Shown here: piece by piece, positions 32,173 through 43,044 of the stretch
Numbering within the stretch: position 1 is the first letter of the stretch
Layout: each line of letters begins with the position of its first letter
Source: an uncultured delta proteobacterium
Lineage (GTDB): Bacteria; Desulfobacterota; Syntrophia; Syntrophales; Smithellaceae
Direction of reading: 5' to 3'
Length of the DNA: 64,000 nucleotides
Assembly (NCBI GenBank): GCA_963753975.1
Contig: CAVWEH010000002.1
Location: 352,001-416,000 of the forward strand
Made by a program: the position numbers and the translations under genes
The notes under the pieces: model-generated
Told to the model about the DNA's origin: nothing
The model's input: only the letters and a program-made list of their open reading frames with translations
The model's database searches: none

Positions 32173-33348
32173 TTGAAATATTTATATCGATTCTTTATAG
32201 TTTTTTTAATCGGGACAACGCCAAATTACGGAACTTTTGTTGAAGAGATTTACGCCAGCGCTCCGCTTTCGTCCGGACAGGCTCTCATTGAAGCTATAAA
32301 AATAAACGAGTCATTAACTTTCTGCAATGAACCGGTTCCCCTAAATGAACCTGATGTAAAAGAGAGATTGGAAAGAGAATTACTGATATCTTTGGATAGC
32401 AGTGACGATGTGATTTTATGGCTTAAACGCGCCAATAGATATTTCCCTTATATTGAAAAAGTGTTGAAGAATAATTCCCTGCCCGATGATTTGAAATACA
32501 TCGCTATTATTGAAAGTTCGTTGCGACCACTCGCCCGATCAAATAAAGGAGCTGTAGGATATTGGCAGTTTATCGAAAGTACCGGCACGAAATACGGTAT
32601 GGCCATCAATAACGATATTGATGAGCGCCGCAATTTTTTTACTTCCACAGAAGCGGCGATAAATTATCTCAAAGACCTTTATGCCATGTTTGGCTCCTGG
32701 ACGTTGGCCGCAGCAGCTTACAATATGGGGGAAGAAGGTCTAAAAACAGAAATACTGGTTCAAAAAGTCAACAATTACTATAAACTCGACTTATATCAGG
32801 AAGCACAAAGGTATGTTTTTAGAATTTTAGCGGCGAAGATAATTATATCCAATCCGGAGAAATATGGGTACAGTCTGAGCCAGGATGATCTTTACAAACC
32901 TATTCAATCCGACTGTGTCGAAATATCAGCAAATCAATCCGTACCTCTGTATATAATTGCTCAGGCGGCAAAGACTTATTTCAAAACAATTAAAGACCTT
33001 AATCCGCACATAAAAAACTATTATCTGCCCGCCGGCAAGTATAAACTGATGATTCCTTTGGGCGCGGCCATGGGTTTTTCCGAACGTTACGAAGATCTCT
33101 TCTCGCAATGGCTGGTGGAGAAAAATGAACATATTTACGTAGTTCAAAAAGGGGATAATTTATCGGTCATTGCTGAACGATTTAACGTCCCGGTAAAAGC
33201 AATTATGATCTGGAACGATATCACCAATGGCAAAAAAATATTACCCGGAAATAAGCTCTTCATCTTTTCCGACAAACTCAAGAAGGAAATTAATGCCAAT
33301 AAAATTGAAAATGCGCCGGCAGAAAATCCGGCTATCAAACTCTACTAG
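32173..33348 (+). CDS. Lytic transglycosylase (SLT) with C-terminal LysM, MltD-like
   Basis: IES, GAVGYWQF, AAAAYNMG, YVVQKGDNLS; TTG start. Confidence 0.88.
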   Translation: MKYLYRFFIVFLIGTTPNYGTFVEEIYASAPLSSGQALIEAIKINESLTFCNEPVPLNEPDVKERLERELLISLDSSDDVILWLKRANRYFPYIEKVLKNNSLPDDLKYIAIIESSLRPLARSNKGAVGYWQFIESTGTKYGMAINNDIDERRNFFTSTEAAINYLKDLYAMFGSWTLAAAAYNMGEEGLKTEILVQKVNNYYKLDLYQEAQRYVFRILAAKIIISNPEKYGYSLSQDDLYKPIQSDCVEISANQSVPLYIIAQAAKTYFKTIKDLNPHIKNYYLPAGKYKLMIPLGAAMGFSERYEDLFSQWLVEKNEHIYVVQKGDNLSVIAERFNVPVKAIMIWNDITNGKKILPGNKLFIFSDKLKKEINANKIENAPAENPAIKLY

Positions 33349-33559
33349 TTAAATTTTCGAGCGTCGGTATTTTAGAAAGAGAAGCTGGTTGGATGAGTTT
33401 ATCCACATTCTGTTTATAAAGAATCTTACCGTTATCTATATCTACCGATAACGCAGCCTTCAGAGCTACAAGCCAATTTGGTTTTTCTAGTGCGACGGTA
33501 AAGATACGCAGAAACAATAATACCGATAATATGATTAATATTTCCTGCAAATTAATCAT
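33335..33559 (-). pseudogene. N-terminal fragment of a D-Ala-D-Ala carboxypeptidase (peptidase S11)
   Basis: AALSVDIDNGKILY...PASLSK (SxxK) then stops; no room for the rest. Confidence 0.65.
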
Positions 33560-33796
33560 TGATAATTACCTGATTATTTTCGGGTAATTTAAGAGTTCAG
33601 GATAACAAGATCAATCATAAATCTGAAGTAAACAATCGTTTTACTTACAGTAATGCTACAATATAGCATCGGTCAGGACAACAACCGTGCTTTAAGATCA
33701 GGATTTTGTATCATTTTTTTACAGTTGTTTTTATGTAAAATTTATTATAGTGAATTCTATACCTTCATAAAAATTATTTTTTTAAGGATTCCCTTC

Positions 33797-34384
33797 ATGA
33801 TCAAGAAAACAAAAAATCATAACAAGATATTTTTGTTCATTTTAATCTTAATTTGCATAATCATTACAATTTCCTGCGAAAAATCAAAAACAGTTAAGCT
33901 CGATCAAGAAATCGCATGGGGGAAAAACATGCCGCTGGAAAAGGTCTATAAAAAAATAATTATTCAAAGATTCGAAATTGATCAGGATTTGGAAAAAGAT
34001 TTGCCCGATGCGGCTGTTAGCTGCGAAAGCACGGCACTAAATGAACTGCTAAAAAGCGATGTCACCTCGAAAATTGAAAAGTCCCGTCTAAGCACGTCGC
34101 GTGAGGCGGGAGCTCTTATTGTAAAAACACGTATTACTATGTTAAAGCTAGCCAGCAGTTCTGCCCGCGGTTTAGGCGGAGCATATGTGGGCAACTCGGA
34201 AATGGCCGCTGACATAAAATTAATCGACGCGGAAACAGGAAGAACTCTGCGCAAAAAGAATCTTTCTACGGCTAATAATACTTACGCGTCGTCATCGACC
34301 ACTGTCAGCGCTGATCTTACCATGCCTTCCGACTTGGGCAAGATGATCGCTGAATACATTACCGAAGCAGTCCGCGGCAATTAA
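33797..34384 (+). CDS. Putative lipoprotein, DUF4410-like
   Basis: Basic N-terminus, hydrophobic stretch, ISC lipobox; SARGLGGAYVG...IKLIDAETG. Confidence 0.6.
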   Translation: MIKKTKNHNKIFLFILILICIIITISCEKSKTVKLDQEIAWGKNMPLEKVYKKIIIQRFEIDQDLEKDLPDAAVSCESTALNELLKSDVTSKIEKSRLSTSREAGALIVKTRITMLKLASSSARGLGGAYVGNSEMAADIKLIDAETGRTLRKKNLSTANNTYASSSTTVSADLTMPSDLGKMIAEYITEAVRGN

Positions 34385-34436
34385 GAAAGAATAAGCATTA
34401 CATTATATATTTCGTAGTTTATTACGGCGAGGCGAA

Positions 34437-35669
34437 ATGACCGACAACTTGAGAGAATTAATTGATGGCATTAAATTGATCGACCAGCATGCTCATCCAG
34501 GATTTGCCGGCTATTTCGAGGACTTTCCGCCGGAGAATAGAATTATTCTTGCTATTGATTCTTACCGCACACCGGAAAATTCCGGGGCCGATTTTCCTTA
34601 TTTGCGAGAAGCTCACTATGAAGCATATGAGAAACTTTACGGATTCAGCCCTGAAGACATTAACAATCCCGCCAAACAAGATGCTTTGGTCATAGAATAC
34701 GATCGCCAACGCAATAACCTGAAGCATTTTATCGATAAAGTAATGGATGCCGCCAACGTGGAACTCCTCATCGTTGAATCATTTCTTAACTATGACTTGA
34801 TGAATAAACCACAGATTAAATTTATCCCTGCAATCGATCCGCTTCTATTTCCGTTTGACAATACATACTTAACCAATAGAAGCCCTTTGACCACTTCCTT
34901 TTTAGCTGCTTTTGACCATATGCTAAATAGAATCAAGGTTAAAAACAATTACTCATCTAAAAATTTTACCGAATATCTCGAATTTGTCGACAGGGTTCTT
35001 GATTATTATGTCCAGAAGGGCGCAGTAGGTTTCAATTTTTTTACCGCTTTTGTGCGCAACACCTATTGCGAAAAAGTACTGCCATCCGAATGTCTAAGGC
35101 TTTTTGAACGCGCCAAAAAAGGCGAATCTGCCGCTTATAAAAGACTGCAAGATTTTCTTATTTGGCATGTAATGGGCAAATGCGTAGAATATAATTTACC
35201 CGTACAGTGGCATTTCGCTCTGTCCGACCCCCATATCAGTTGTTTTGACTGTCTGAATCTTTCAGAAATGATTTGCGATCCTATAGTCGGCAAAGCAAAA
35301 ATTGTTATTCTCAATGGCGGCTATCCACGTTTTGACAACGCAGAATTGCTGGCTTTGGCCGGTGGGATAATGCCCAATAACGTGTATATTGATATTTCCG
35401 GGTGCATTATGTTTATGAATCACCCGCGTATTCTTGCCGGCACTTTAAGGAAATGGCTGGAAAAACCGATTCTTTGGAATAAAATTATGTATGGTTCCGG
35501 TTCTCTGCGCGGGGAGCGGGATATATATGTAAGCTCCAAAGTCGGACGTGACGCCGTTTACTTTGCGCTCAAGGACATGATGGACGACGACATTATTGAT
35601 GAGAATACCGCCATGCTTATCGCCCGTAAGATATTACGGGAAAACGCGAAAAAAGTCTATAACCTTTAG
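34437..35669 (+). CDS. Amidohydrolase_2 (FluG N-terminal-like) TIM-barrel protein
   Basis: IDQHAH, LPVQWH, NVYIDIS, KIMYGS, ILRENAKKVY. Confidence 0.78.
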   Translation: MTDNLRELIDGIKLIDQHAHPGFAGYFEDFPPENRIILAIDSYRTPENSGADFPYLREAHYEAYEKLYGFSPEDINNPAKQDALVIEYDRQRNNLKHFIDKVMDAANVELLIVESFLNYDLMNKPQIKFIPAIDPLLFPFDNTYLTNRSPLTTSFLAAFDHMLNRIKVKNNYSSKNFTEYLEFVDRVLDYYVQKGAVGFNFFTAFVRNTYCEKVLPSECLRLFERAKKGESAAYKRLQDFLIWHVMGKCVEYNLPVQWHFALSDPHISCFDCLNLSEMICDPIVGKAKIVILNGGYPRFDNAELLALAGGIMPNNVYIDISGCIMFMNHPRILAGTLRKWLEKPILWNKIMYGSGSLRGERDIYVSSKVGRDAVYFALKDMMDDDIIDENTAMLIARKILRENAKKVYNL

Positions 35670-35754
35670 GCATAAGCTCTCTCGTTTCCAGAACATTCCC
35701 TGCCTATAACCATCGCAACATTTGCCATTTTGAAATTTCCTATTGATATACGTC

Positions 35755-35800
35755 TTGACAAATATTTTTTTATGTTTTAATTACTATTAAATAAATAGTA
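35755..35800 (+). promoter_or_regulatory. Promoter with a palindromic operator upstream of the Rrf2 gene
   Basis: TTGACA at 35755-35760; perfect TACTATT-N5-AATAGTA at 35782-35800. Confidence 0.5.
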
Positions 35801-35897
35801 TTTACATCATTTTAGGCTGTGGAAATAATCAGGAAAGCGTCAGAAAAATGGGCATTTTTCAAATAAACTCAATTTATTATTATTTTAGGTCATTTCA

Positions 35898-36347
35898 ATG
35901 AAGCTTTCCACCAGGTCCAGATATGGCGTACGATTAATGACGACATTGGCCTGCGGCAATGGAGTTAAACCTGTTTTGTTAAAAGATATAGCCGCTGGTG
36001 AAGAAATATCGGAAAAATATTTGAGTTTAATTGTGATACCGTTGCGAGCTGCCGGATTGATAAAATCGGTGCGCGGAGCCCGGGGCGGATACAATTTGGC
36101 TAAAGATCCAAAGGATATTTCTTTGCGCAACATTATCGAAACGCTCGAAGGAGAAATCTCTTTAGTGCATTGCCTTAAGAAACCTTCAAGCTGCACCCGT
36201 TTGGCAATTTGCCCGACCCGGGATATCTGGAATATTTTGGGAAATAAAATCGGTGAAACTTTAAACAGCATTACGCTGGCTCAATTGGCGCAAATAAAGA
36301 AGAAAAAATTAGCCCAAGCCAAACACATCGATAAAACCGGGAGTTGA
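35898..36347 (+). CDS. Rrf2-family transcriptional regulator (IscR/CymR-like, three Cys)
   Basis: LSTRSRYG, SVRGARGGYNL, CxxxxxxCxxxxxC. Confidence 0.92.
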   Translation: MKLSTRSRYGVRLMTTLACGNGVKPVLLKDIAAGEEISEKYLSLIVIPLRAAGLIKSVRGARGGYNLAKDPKDISLRNIIETLEGEISLVHCLKKPSSCTRLAICPTRDIWNILGNKIGETLNSITLAQLAQIKKKKLAQAKHIDKTGS

Positions 36348-36356
36348 GACTTTTGT

Positions 36357-37262
36357 ATGGAAATAGCTGATAAGATAAAAAAACTGAAACAAGAAAGAAA
36401 CGCTGTCATTCTGGCGCACAATTACCAGCGGTCTGAAATTCAGGATATTGCCGATTTTGTCGGCGATTCTTTGGGTTTAAGCATTGAGGCTTCCCGTACC
36501 AACGCTGATGTAATAGTTTTTTGCGGGGTCCACTTTATGGCGGAGACCGCTAAGATACTCTCCCCACAAAAGACTGTCTTACTTCCGGATAAAAATGCCG
36601 GCTGCCCCATGGCCAATATGATTGATGCCGAAGGATTAAAATCTCTTCAGGAAAAACATCCTAATGCTGTAACCCTTTGCTATGTAAATACTTCTGCTGC
36701 AGTAAAAGCCCGGTGTGATTATTGCTGCACTTCATCCAACGCCCTGAGTATGGCGCAACATATATTAAAAAGTCAGGAAGAGATCATTTTCGTTCCCGAT
36801 AAATATCTGGCGCAATACGTTTCGGCTCAGGTGAGACACGATTTCATCATGTGGAACGGCTATTGCCCGACACATGTTAAAATCTTGCCGGAAAATATCG
36901 TTCGGGCTAAAAAGAGACATCCGCAAGCGAAGGTTCTTGTGCACCCGGAATGTAAACCGGATTTAGCTCCCCTTGCCGATTTTGTAGCTTCTACGGAAAA
37001 AATGTGCCGCTATGTCCAGAATACTGTCCAAACCGATTTCATCGTCGCTACTGAAAACGGCATAATCCACCGGTTGAAAAAAGAAAATCCGGCCAAGAAT
37101 TTCTATCCGGCAGCAGATGCGGCCGTTTGTCCCAACATGAAACGTATCACTCTCGAAAAGGTACTCTGGTCGCTTCAGGATTTATCTTTCGAAATTACAC
37201 TGTCTCCGGATATAATGGATAAAGCAAGACTCTCCATAGAAAGAATGCTGCAAATAATTTAA
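36357..37262 (+). CDS. nadA: Quinolinate synthase
   Basis: ILAHNYQ, GDSL, FCGVHFMAE, AGCPMA, YVNT, CPTH, HPEC, CPNMK. Confidence 0.96.
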   Translation: MEIADKIKKLKQERNAVILAHNYQRSEIQDIADFVGDSLGLSIEASRTNADVIVFCGVHFMAETAKILSPQKTVLLPDKNAGCPMANMIDAEGLKSLQEKHPNAVTLCYVNTSAAVKARCDYCCTSSNALSMAQHILKSQEEIIFVPDKYLAQYVSAQVRHDFIMWNGYCPTHVKILPENIVRAKKRHPQAKVLVHPECKPDLAPLADFVASTEKMCRYVQNTVQTDFIVATENGIIHRLKKENPAKNFYPAADAAVCPNMKRITLEKVLWSLQDLSFEITLSPDIMDKARLSIERMLQII

Positions 37263-37321
37263 GCTAACTAAAATTTTCTTAATCGAATACGCAAAGGTAG
37301 ATTTAAACCTCAAAACAATTT

Positions 37322-38443
37322 ATGAAAAAAAATTCGTTAGGCATCGTTAGCCCCCGAACATTTTCATTTGCCCAGCCGCCGGCTACTTTAAAATTGGAAT
37401 CCGGACGGAGTTTAGGACCAATCACATTGACTTATGAAACCTACGGCCGGTTAAACGAGAAAAAATCAAATGCCATATTAGTCTGTCACGCACTCTCCGG
37501 AGACGCACATGCCGCCGGCTTTTACGCTGAAGAAAAGATTGCCGGCTGGTGGGACGATATGATCGGTCCTGGGAAAGCGATGGACACAAATCGCTACTTC
37601 GTAATTTGTTCCAATGTTATCGGCGGCTGCAAGGGAAGCACCGGCCCTTCCTCCATTAATCCCGAAACCGACAAACCTTATGCCCTTGATTTTCCCGTCA
37701 TTACCGTTGCCGATATGGTAGAGGCTCAGCGTCATTTACTAGATTATCTTGGGATTGAGAAACTTCTTTGTGTCATCGGTGGCTCGATGGGAGGAATGCA
37801 AGTCCTGCAATGGACGTCCGCCTACCCTGAAAGAATCACCGCCGCGATACCCATCGCTACAGCGTTAAAGCATTCGCCACAGCAAATCGCATTTGATGAG
37901 GTCATCAGGCAATCGATAATGGCTGACCCCGCGTGGCGCGGCGGATATTACTATGAACAAGGCCAGCCGGAAAAAGGACTTGCTCTCGCCCGTATGATCG
38001 GCCACATAACTTTCATGAGCGATCAATCCATGGAAGAAAAGTTCTCGCGAAAACTTAAAAATGACCATTTAAGTTTTCAATTCATTGACGATTTTGAAGT
38101 AGAAGGCTACTTGCGCTACCGCGGCTATAATTTCGTCAAACGTTTTGACGCCAATTCGTATCTGTACATTACGAAAGCAATGGACTATTTCGATCTTTCC
38201 GGAGAAAAGTTCATGCCCTCCGTAAAGAAAACATCCGTGAAGTTTTTGATATTGTCTTTTAAATCGGATTGGCTATATCCAACTCACCAATCGCAAGATA
38301 TTGTCCGTCTCTTAAAAAGAAAACATGCCTACACCACCTATTTTGATCTGAGCTCCAATTACGGACATGATGCTTTTCTAGTCGAGGTGGAAGACGAAAC
38401 GCGCTTAATAAAAAATTTTCTAGCCAACATCGCTTCCCATTGA
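37322..38443 (+). CDS. metX: Homoserine O-acyltransferase
   Basis: CHALSGDAH, GGSMGG, DWLYP, GHDAFL. Confidence 0.95.
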   Translation: MKKNSLGIVSPRTFSFAQPPATLKLESGRSLGPITLTYETYGRLNEKKSNAILVCHALSGDAHAAGFYAEEKIAGWWDDMIGPGKAMDTNRYFVICSNVIGGCKGSTGPSSINPETDKPYALDFPVITVADMVEAQRHLLDYLGIEKLLCVIGGSMGGMQVLQWTSAYPERITAAIPIATALKHSPQQIAFDEVIRQSIMADPAWRGGYYYEQGQPEKGLALARMIGHITFMSDQSMEEKFSRKLKNDHLSFQFIDDFEVEGYLRYRGYNFVKRFDANSYLYITKAMDYFDLSGEKFMPSVKKTSVKFLILSFKSDWLYPTHQSQDIVRLLKRKHAYTTYFDLSSNYGHDAFLVEVEDETRLIKNFLANIASH

Positions 38444-38484
38444 GACAGCTAGAATTGAGAAGAACAAAGAAAGTTGTTTTATCA

Positions 38485-39066
38485 ATGAAATTCGACCACC
38501 AAATTATCGCCGAAATTATCGATCAAGAAGCGCATGTTCTGGATTTAGGCTGCGGCAGCGGTGAACTGCTCACGCTTCTCACACGGGAAAGAAATGCGTC
38601 CGTTCAAGGCATTGAATTAAACGATGAAGAAATGCAGAAATGCGTCGAGAACGGGCTCACCGTTCTCCAAGGGGATATAGAAAGCGGGTTGGTTGATTAC
38701 CCCGACAAATCGTTTGATTTTGTAATTTTGAATCAAATCATGCAGGAAATTAAGAAAGCCGATTTTGTCATCCAGGAATCGCTCAGGGTTGGGAAGCACG
38801 TTATTATCGGATTTCCCAACTTCGCCCATATTACAGCACGGCTGACTCTCTTCTTTACAGGAAAAACGCCGATTAATGAAGCCCTGCCGTACTATTGGTT
38901 TGAAACACCCAACATTCGTTTCTTGACTATTAACGACTTTATCGATTATTGTCACAAGAAAAATATTATTATTGAGCAAAAATTCTTTCTGGGTAAATCA
39001 AAACTAATTTATTTTTTGCCCAATTTATTCGCTCAAAACGCTATTTTTGTTGTTACCAAGCACTAA
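38485..39066 (+). CDS. metW: Methionine biosynthesis protein MetW
   Basis: VLDLGCGSG, FPNFAH, LPYYWFETPNI; adjacent to metX. Confidence 0.92.
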   Translation: MKFDHQIIAEIIDQEAHVLDLGCGSGELLTLLTRERNASVQGIELNDEEMQKCVENGLTVLQGDIESGLVDYPDKSFDFVILNQIMQEIKKADFVIQESLRVGKHVIIGFPNFAHITARLTLFFTGKTPINEALPYYWFETPNIRFLTINDFIDYCHKKNIIIEQKFFLGKSKLIYFLPNLFAQNAIFVVTKH

Positions 39067-39090
39067 TGATGGCTGAAATGGAGTATACCT

Positions 39091-39468
39091 ATGACAAAAA
39101 AAATTATTACCTCGGATAAACTTCCTGTTTTTGGACCATATTCCGCTGCGGTGGAAGCTGCCGGCCTTATTTTCATATCGGGCCAAATACCCGTAAATCC
39201 CCAAACCGGCGAGATCACCCGTGAAATCAAAACAGCTACCAGACAGGTGCTTGTCAACATTCAAACTCTACTTCAAGAAGCCGGATTGAAAATGACTAAT
39301 ATTGTCAAGACAAGCATCTTTTTGAGAGATATGAAAGATTTTTCAGCGGTAAATGAAATTTATTCCGGCTTTTTCCCCGAGGAGCCTCCGGCCCGCTCGA
39401 CTGTTGAAGTTTCGGCGCTGCCGAAAAATGCTCCATTGGAAATTGAAGCCATAGCCGTAAGAAACTAG
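39091..39468 (+). CDS. RidA/YjgF family enamine deaminase
   Basis: GPYS, FISGQIP, PPARSTVEVSALP, EIEAIA. Confidence 0.92.
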   Translation: MTKKIITSDKLPVFGPYSAAVEAAGLIFISGQIPVNPQTGEITREIKTATRQVLVNIQTLLQEAGLKMTNIVKTSIFLRDMKDFSAVNEIYSGFFPEEPPARSTVEVSALPKNAPLEIEAIAVRN

Positions 39469-39473
39469 GTATT

Positions 39474-39905
39474 ATGGGTAAAATTCTATCCGTCAACATC
39501 AGTGCAAAAAAAGGTGAAAAAAAACATAATGTAGGGGTTAGCCGCGCTCTGATTGACATGGGGCTTGCCGATGATGCGCACGGCGGCATGGAATTGCGCC
39601 AAATAAGTCTGCTCGCCGCGGAAAGCATCGAAAAAATCCGGCAAAAGGGATTAAATGTAAGCTACGGTGATTTTGCCGAGAATCTCACGACGGAAGGCAT
39701 CGAGCTCTATACCCTACCGCTCGGCACAAAAATAAAAGTTGGCCGGGATGTGCTCTTGGAAGTCACACAGATCGGTAAAACTTGCGTCAAACCCTGTGCC
39801 ATTTTTTACGCTGTCGGAGATTGTGTCATGCCCAGGGAAGGCATCTTTGCCCGCGTCCTTTCTTCCGGGAATATCAAAATCGGCGATGAAATAACAGTCT
39901 GTTAA
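39474..39905 (+). CDS. MOSC domain protein
   Basis: DAH, RQISLL, GDFAENL, QIGKTC, DCVMPREG. Confidence 0.88.
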   Translation: MGKILSVNISAKKGEKKHNVGVSRALIDMGLADDAHGGMELRQISLLAAESIEKIRQKGLNVSYGDFAENLTTEGIELYTLPLGTKIKVGRDVLLEVTQIGKTCVKPCAIFYAVGDCVMPREGIFARVLSSGNIKIGDEITVC

Positions 39906-39964
39906 AACGTTTAGCATCTATTGGCGGTTTGTCTTCTCTTTGTCTCTACTTGACGCGAATTATT

Positions 39965-42900
39965 CTATTTTTCTTCCGCAGCCGCTTTAGAATGTTCCGC
40001 CGCCAAGAGCATATACATTCCGGGCACGACGAAAAGCGTGAACAAAGTGCCGATAGAAATACCCGTCATAATAACCAAACCCATATTAAAACGGCCTTCA
40101 GCGCCCGCTCCTGTTGCCGTAACCAACGGTACAACTCCGACAACCATGGCGGCGGTCGTCATCAGAATCGGCCTGAGCCGGATGCTGGCGGCCTTTTCTA
40201 TTGCCTCCCGCTTATTGACTCCTTCTTTCTGCAAATCATTGGCAAACTGAACGATCAGAATACCGTGTTTGCTGATTAAGCCGATCAAAGTCACGAGTCC
40301 GACCTCGGTGTAAATATTGAGGCTCGCACCGCCCACGCCGAGACTGATGAAGATCATGGCGCCGCAGATGGACATCGGCACGCTGATTAAAACGATCAGC
40401 GGATCACGGAAGCTTTCAAAAAGCGCGGCCAGTGCCAGAAATATTATAATCAAGGCAAAGAAAAAAGTTACCAGCAGCGCACTGGACTCCGTCACAAACT
40501 GCCTTGATTGGCCGGCATAATCGATGCTGTATCCCTGCGGCAGAAAATCACGGGCAATATTTCTGAGCGTCGTCAATGCATCACCCAGGGTTACGCCGGG
40601 TGCCGTTACCGCGGAAATTGTTGCTGCATTAAGTTGCTGAAAGTGATTAAGAGATTCGGGTACCACGTCAGTTCTCAGATCTACGATCGTGGAGAAAGGA
40701 ATGGACGCGCCGGTGGAGGTCTTAAAATAATAATTCCGTAATTGGCTTGTATTTAGCCTGTGCCGCTGCTCAACCTGCGGTATCACTTTATAAGACCGGC
40801 CTTGCAGATCAAAATAATTTACATAACCGCCTCCGAGCATTGAGCCCAGTGATTCGCCGACATCGCGCATGGTCAATCCCATCTGCGCGGCTTTGTTCCG
40901 GTCAATAATTAAAGTCGTCTGCGGTTTATCTATTTTCAGATCCGTATCCACATAGGCAAACATTCCGCTGCGATAGGCATTGACCAACACATTCTGAGAT
41001 ACTTCATTCAAATTATCGAAGGATTCCGTCGTGCCGATAATAAATTGCACCGGTAATCCGCTGGTGCCCGGCAGCGGCGGTCTCAAAAACGAAACAGCAC
41101 GAGCTCCGGCAATACCATTGAGTTGCAGCTGAACCAGCGGGTTTAATTGCATTGTTGTGCGCTTACGTTCATCCCATGGTTTGGTCACCATTCCCGCAAC
41201 ACCCGTATTGAGTCCGCTGACTCCGTCGAGCTGGAATACATGATCGGTTTCAGGATATGCTTTGACAATATTAAAAACCTGCCTGGTATTGAGTTGAGTT
41301 TGTTCCAGAGTAGCATCCGGAGCAGTCGTGATGAAAGAAATAACAATACCCTGATCTTCCTGCGGGGCTAACTCACTTTTTGATCCGATAAATAAAAAAT
41401 AATTGCTGCAAAGGATGAGGATCGCAAAGACGATTGTCACGGGCAGAGTAGTTCAAAGCGCCAGTCAGTAATTTTTGATATATCCGGCGCAAAAATTCGA
41501 ACTGGCCGTTGACAAATTTCTCAAAACGGCTCTGCGTGGTGTGGCCTCCTCCTTTCAAAAACCTCGAGCACATCATCGGCGATAGGGTCAACGCAATGAC
41601 AGCCGACACAGCGACGGCGGCAGCCAGTGAGTAGGCAAATTCGGTAAAGAGTGCTCCGGTAAGGCCACCCATAAAACCAATCGGCACATAAACTGCTATC
41701 AGCACAACGGTGATAGCGATAATCGGTCCGGCAAGCTCACGCGCTCCTTCGATTGCCGCCTGAAGCGGCGGTAATCCGTCTTCAATATGCCGGTGCGCGT
41801 TTTCCACAACGATAATGGCGTCGTCAACGACCAGCCCTATAGCGAGCACCAATGCCAAAAGGGTGAGCAGATTAATGGAATAGCCCAGAATAAGCATGAC
41901 AAAGAATCCACCGATGAGCGATAAGGGGATGGCAATTATCGGTATGATCACCGAACGGACTGTCGCCAAAAACAAATATATCACTATCGTGACGATCAAC
42001 AGCGCTTTGACTAAAGTGCTGATTACTTCCTTGATAGAGCTGTTTATATATTTTGTGGCGTCATAAACGATGCGGCCTTTGAGTTCTTCGGGAAATTGTT
42101 CCTGAATGGGCGGAAAAGCCTTGCGCACATTATCGATCACGGTAAGCAAGTTGGCGCCCGGCGCTACCTTAATTCCAATGTAGGTCGCTCTCTCGCCGTC
42201 AAAGGCGACGGCAGTATCGTAGTCCTCCGATCCCAGAGTAATTTTGGCAATGTCGTTCAGCCGGATAATTGCGTCATTCTGAGATTTGACGATGAGCTGT
42301 TGGAATTCGTCAACCGAATGCAGCGTTGTATCGGCAATCAGATTGATCGTAATCATCTGACCCTTGTGTCCGTCCTACAGCGGAAATGAAATCATTGCTC
42401 GCCAGCGCATTGCTTACGTCAGCAGCAGTTATACCGTAGGCTGCCATCTTTTCCGGATCGAGCCAGATGCGCATGGCAAAGCGCCGTGCTCCCAGAACTT
42501 CGGCCGTCTGCACTCCTTCCACCGCCTGTAATTTGGGCTGCACCACCCTGATCAGATAATCGGTTATCTTATTGGTCGGCATTTCTTTGCTGTAAAAACC
42601 GATGTACATGGAGTCAATTGTTTCGCCTATCGCCACCGTGATTACGGGTTGTTGCGCATCCTTTGGCAATTGATTGAGAACGGCGTTTACTTTTGTATTG
42701 ATCTCCGTGAGAGCCTTATTCGGATCATAATTTAGGCGCAAATTTGCCTGGATCGAACTGACACTCTGTGTGCTCGTCGAGGTGAGATAGTCAATGCCAT
42801 TAGCCTGAGCTATTGAATTTTCCAGAGGGGTAGTGATAAAACCCGCAACGACTGACGGATCAGAACCGGTATAAACAGTGGTAACCGTCACGACCGCATT

Positions 42901-43023
42901 CTGCGTAAACGGAAACTCCCGCACCTTTAACAGACCTATAGAACGTAATCCCAGCACCAATATCAGCAGGCTGACAACAACAGCTAAGACCGGCCGGCGT
43001 ATGAATATATCCGTAAAATGCAT
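39965..43023 (-). CDS. RND efflux permease (MexI/MexW-like), split by two +1 frameshifts (about 42367 and 41447)
   Basis: FIRRPV start, GLVVDDAIIVVEN, RLRPILMT; three ORF pieces rejoin by removing one base at each break. Confidence 0.92.
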
Positions 43024-43044
43024 TGATAATAATCCCTTTTCAAC

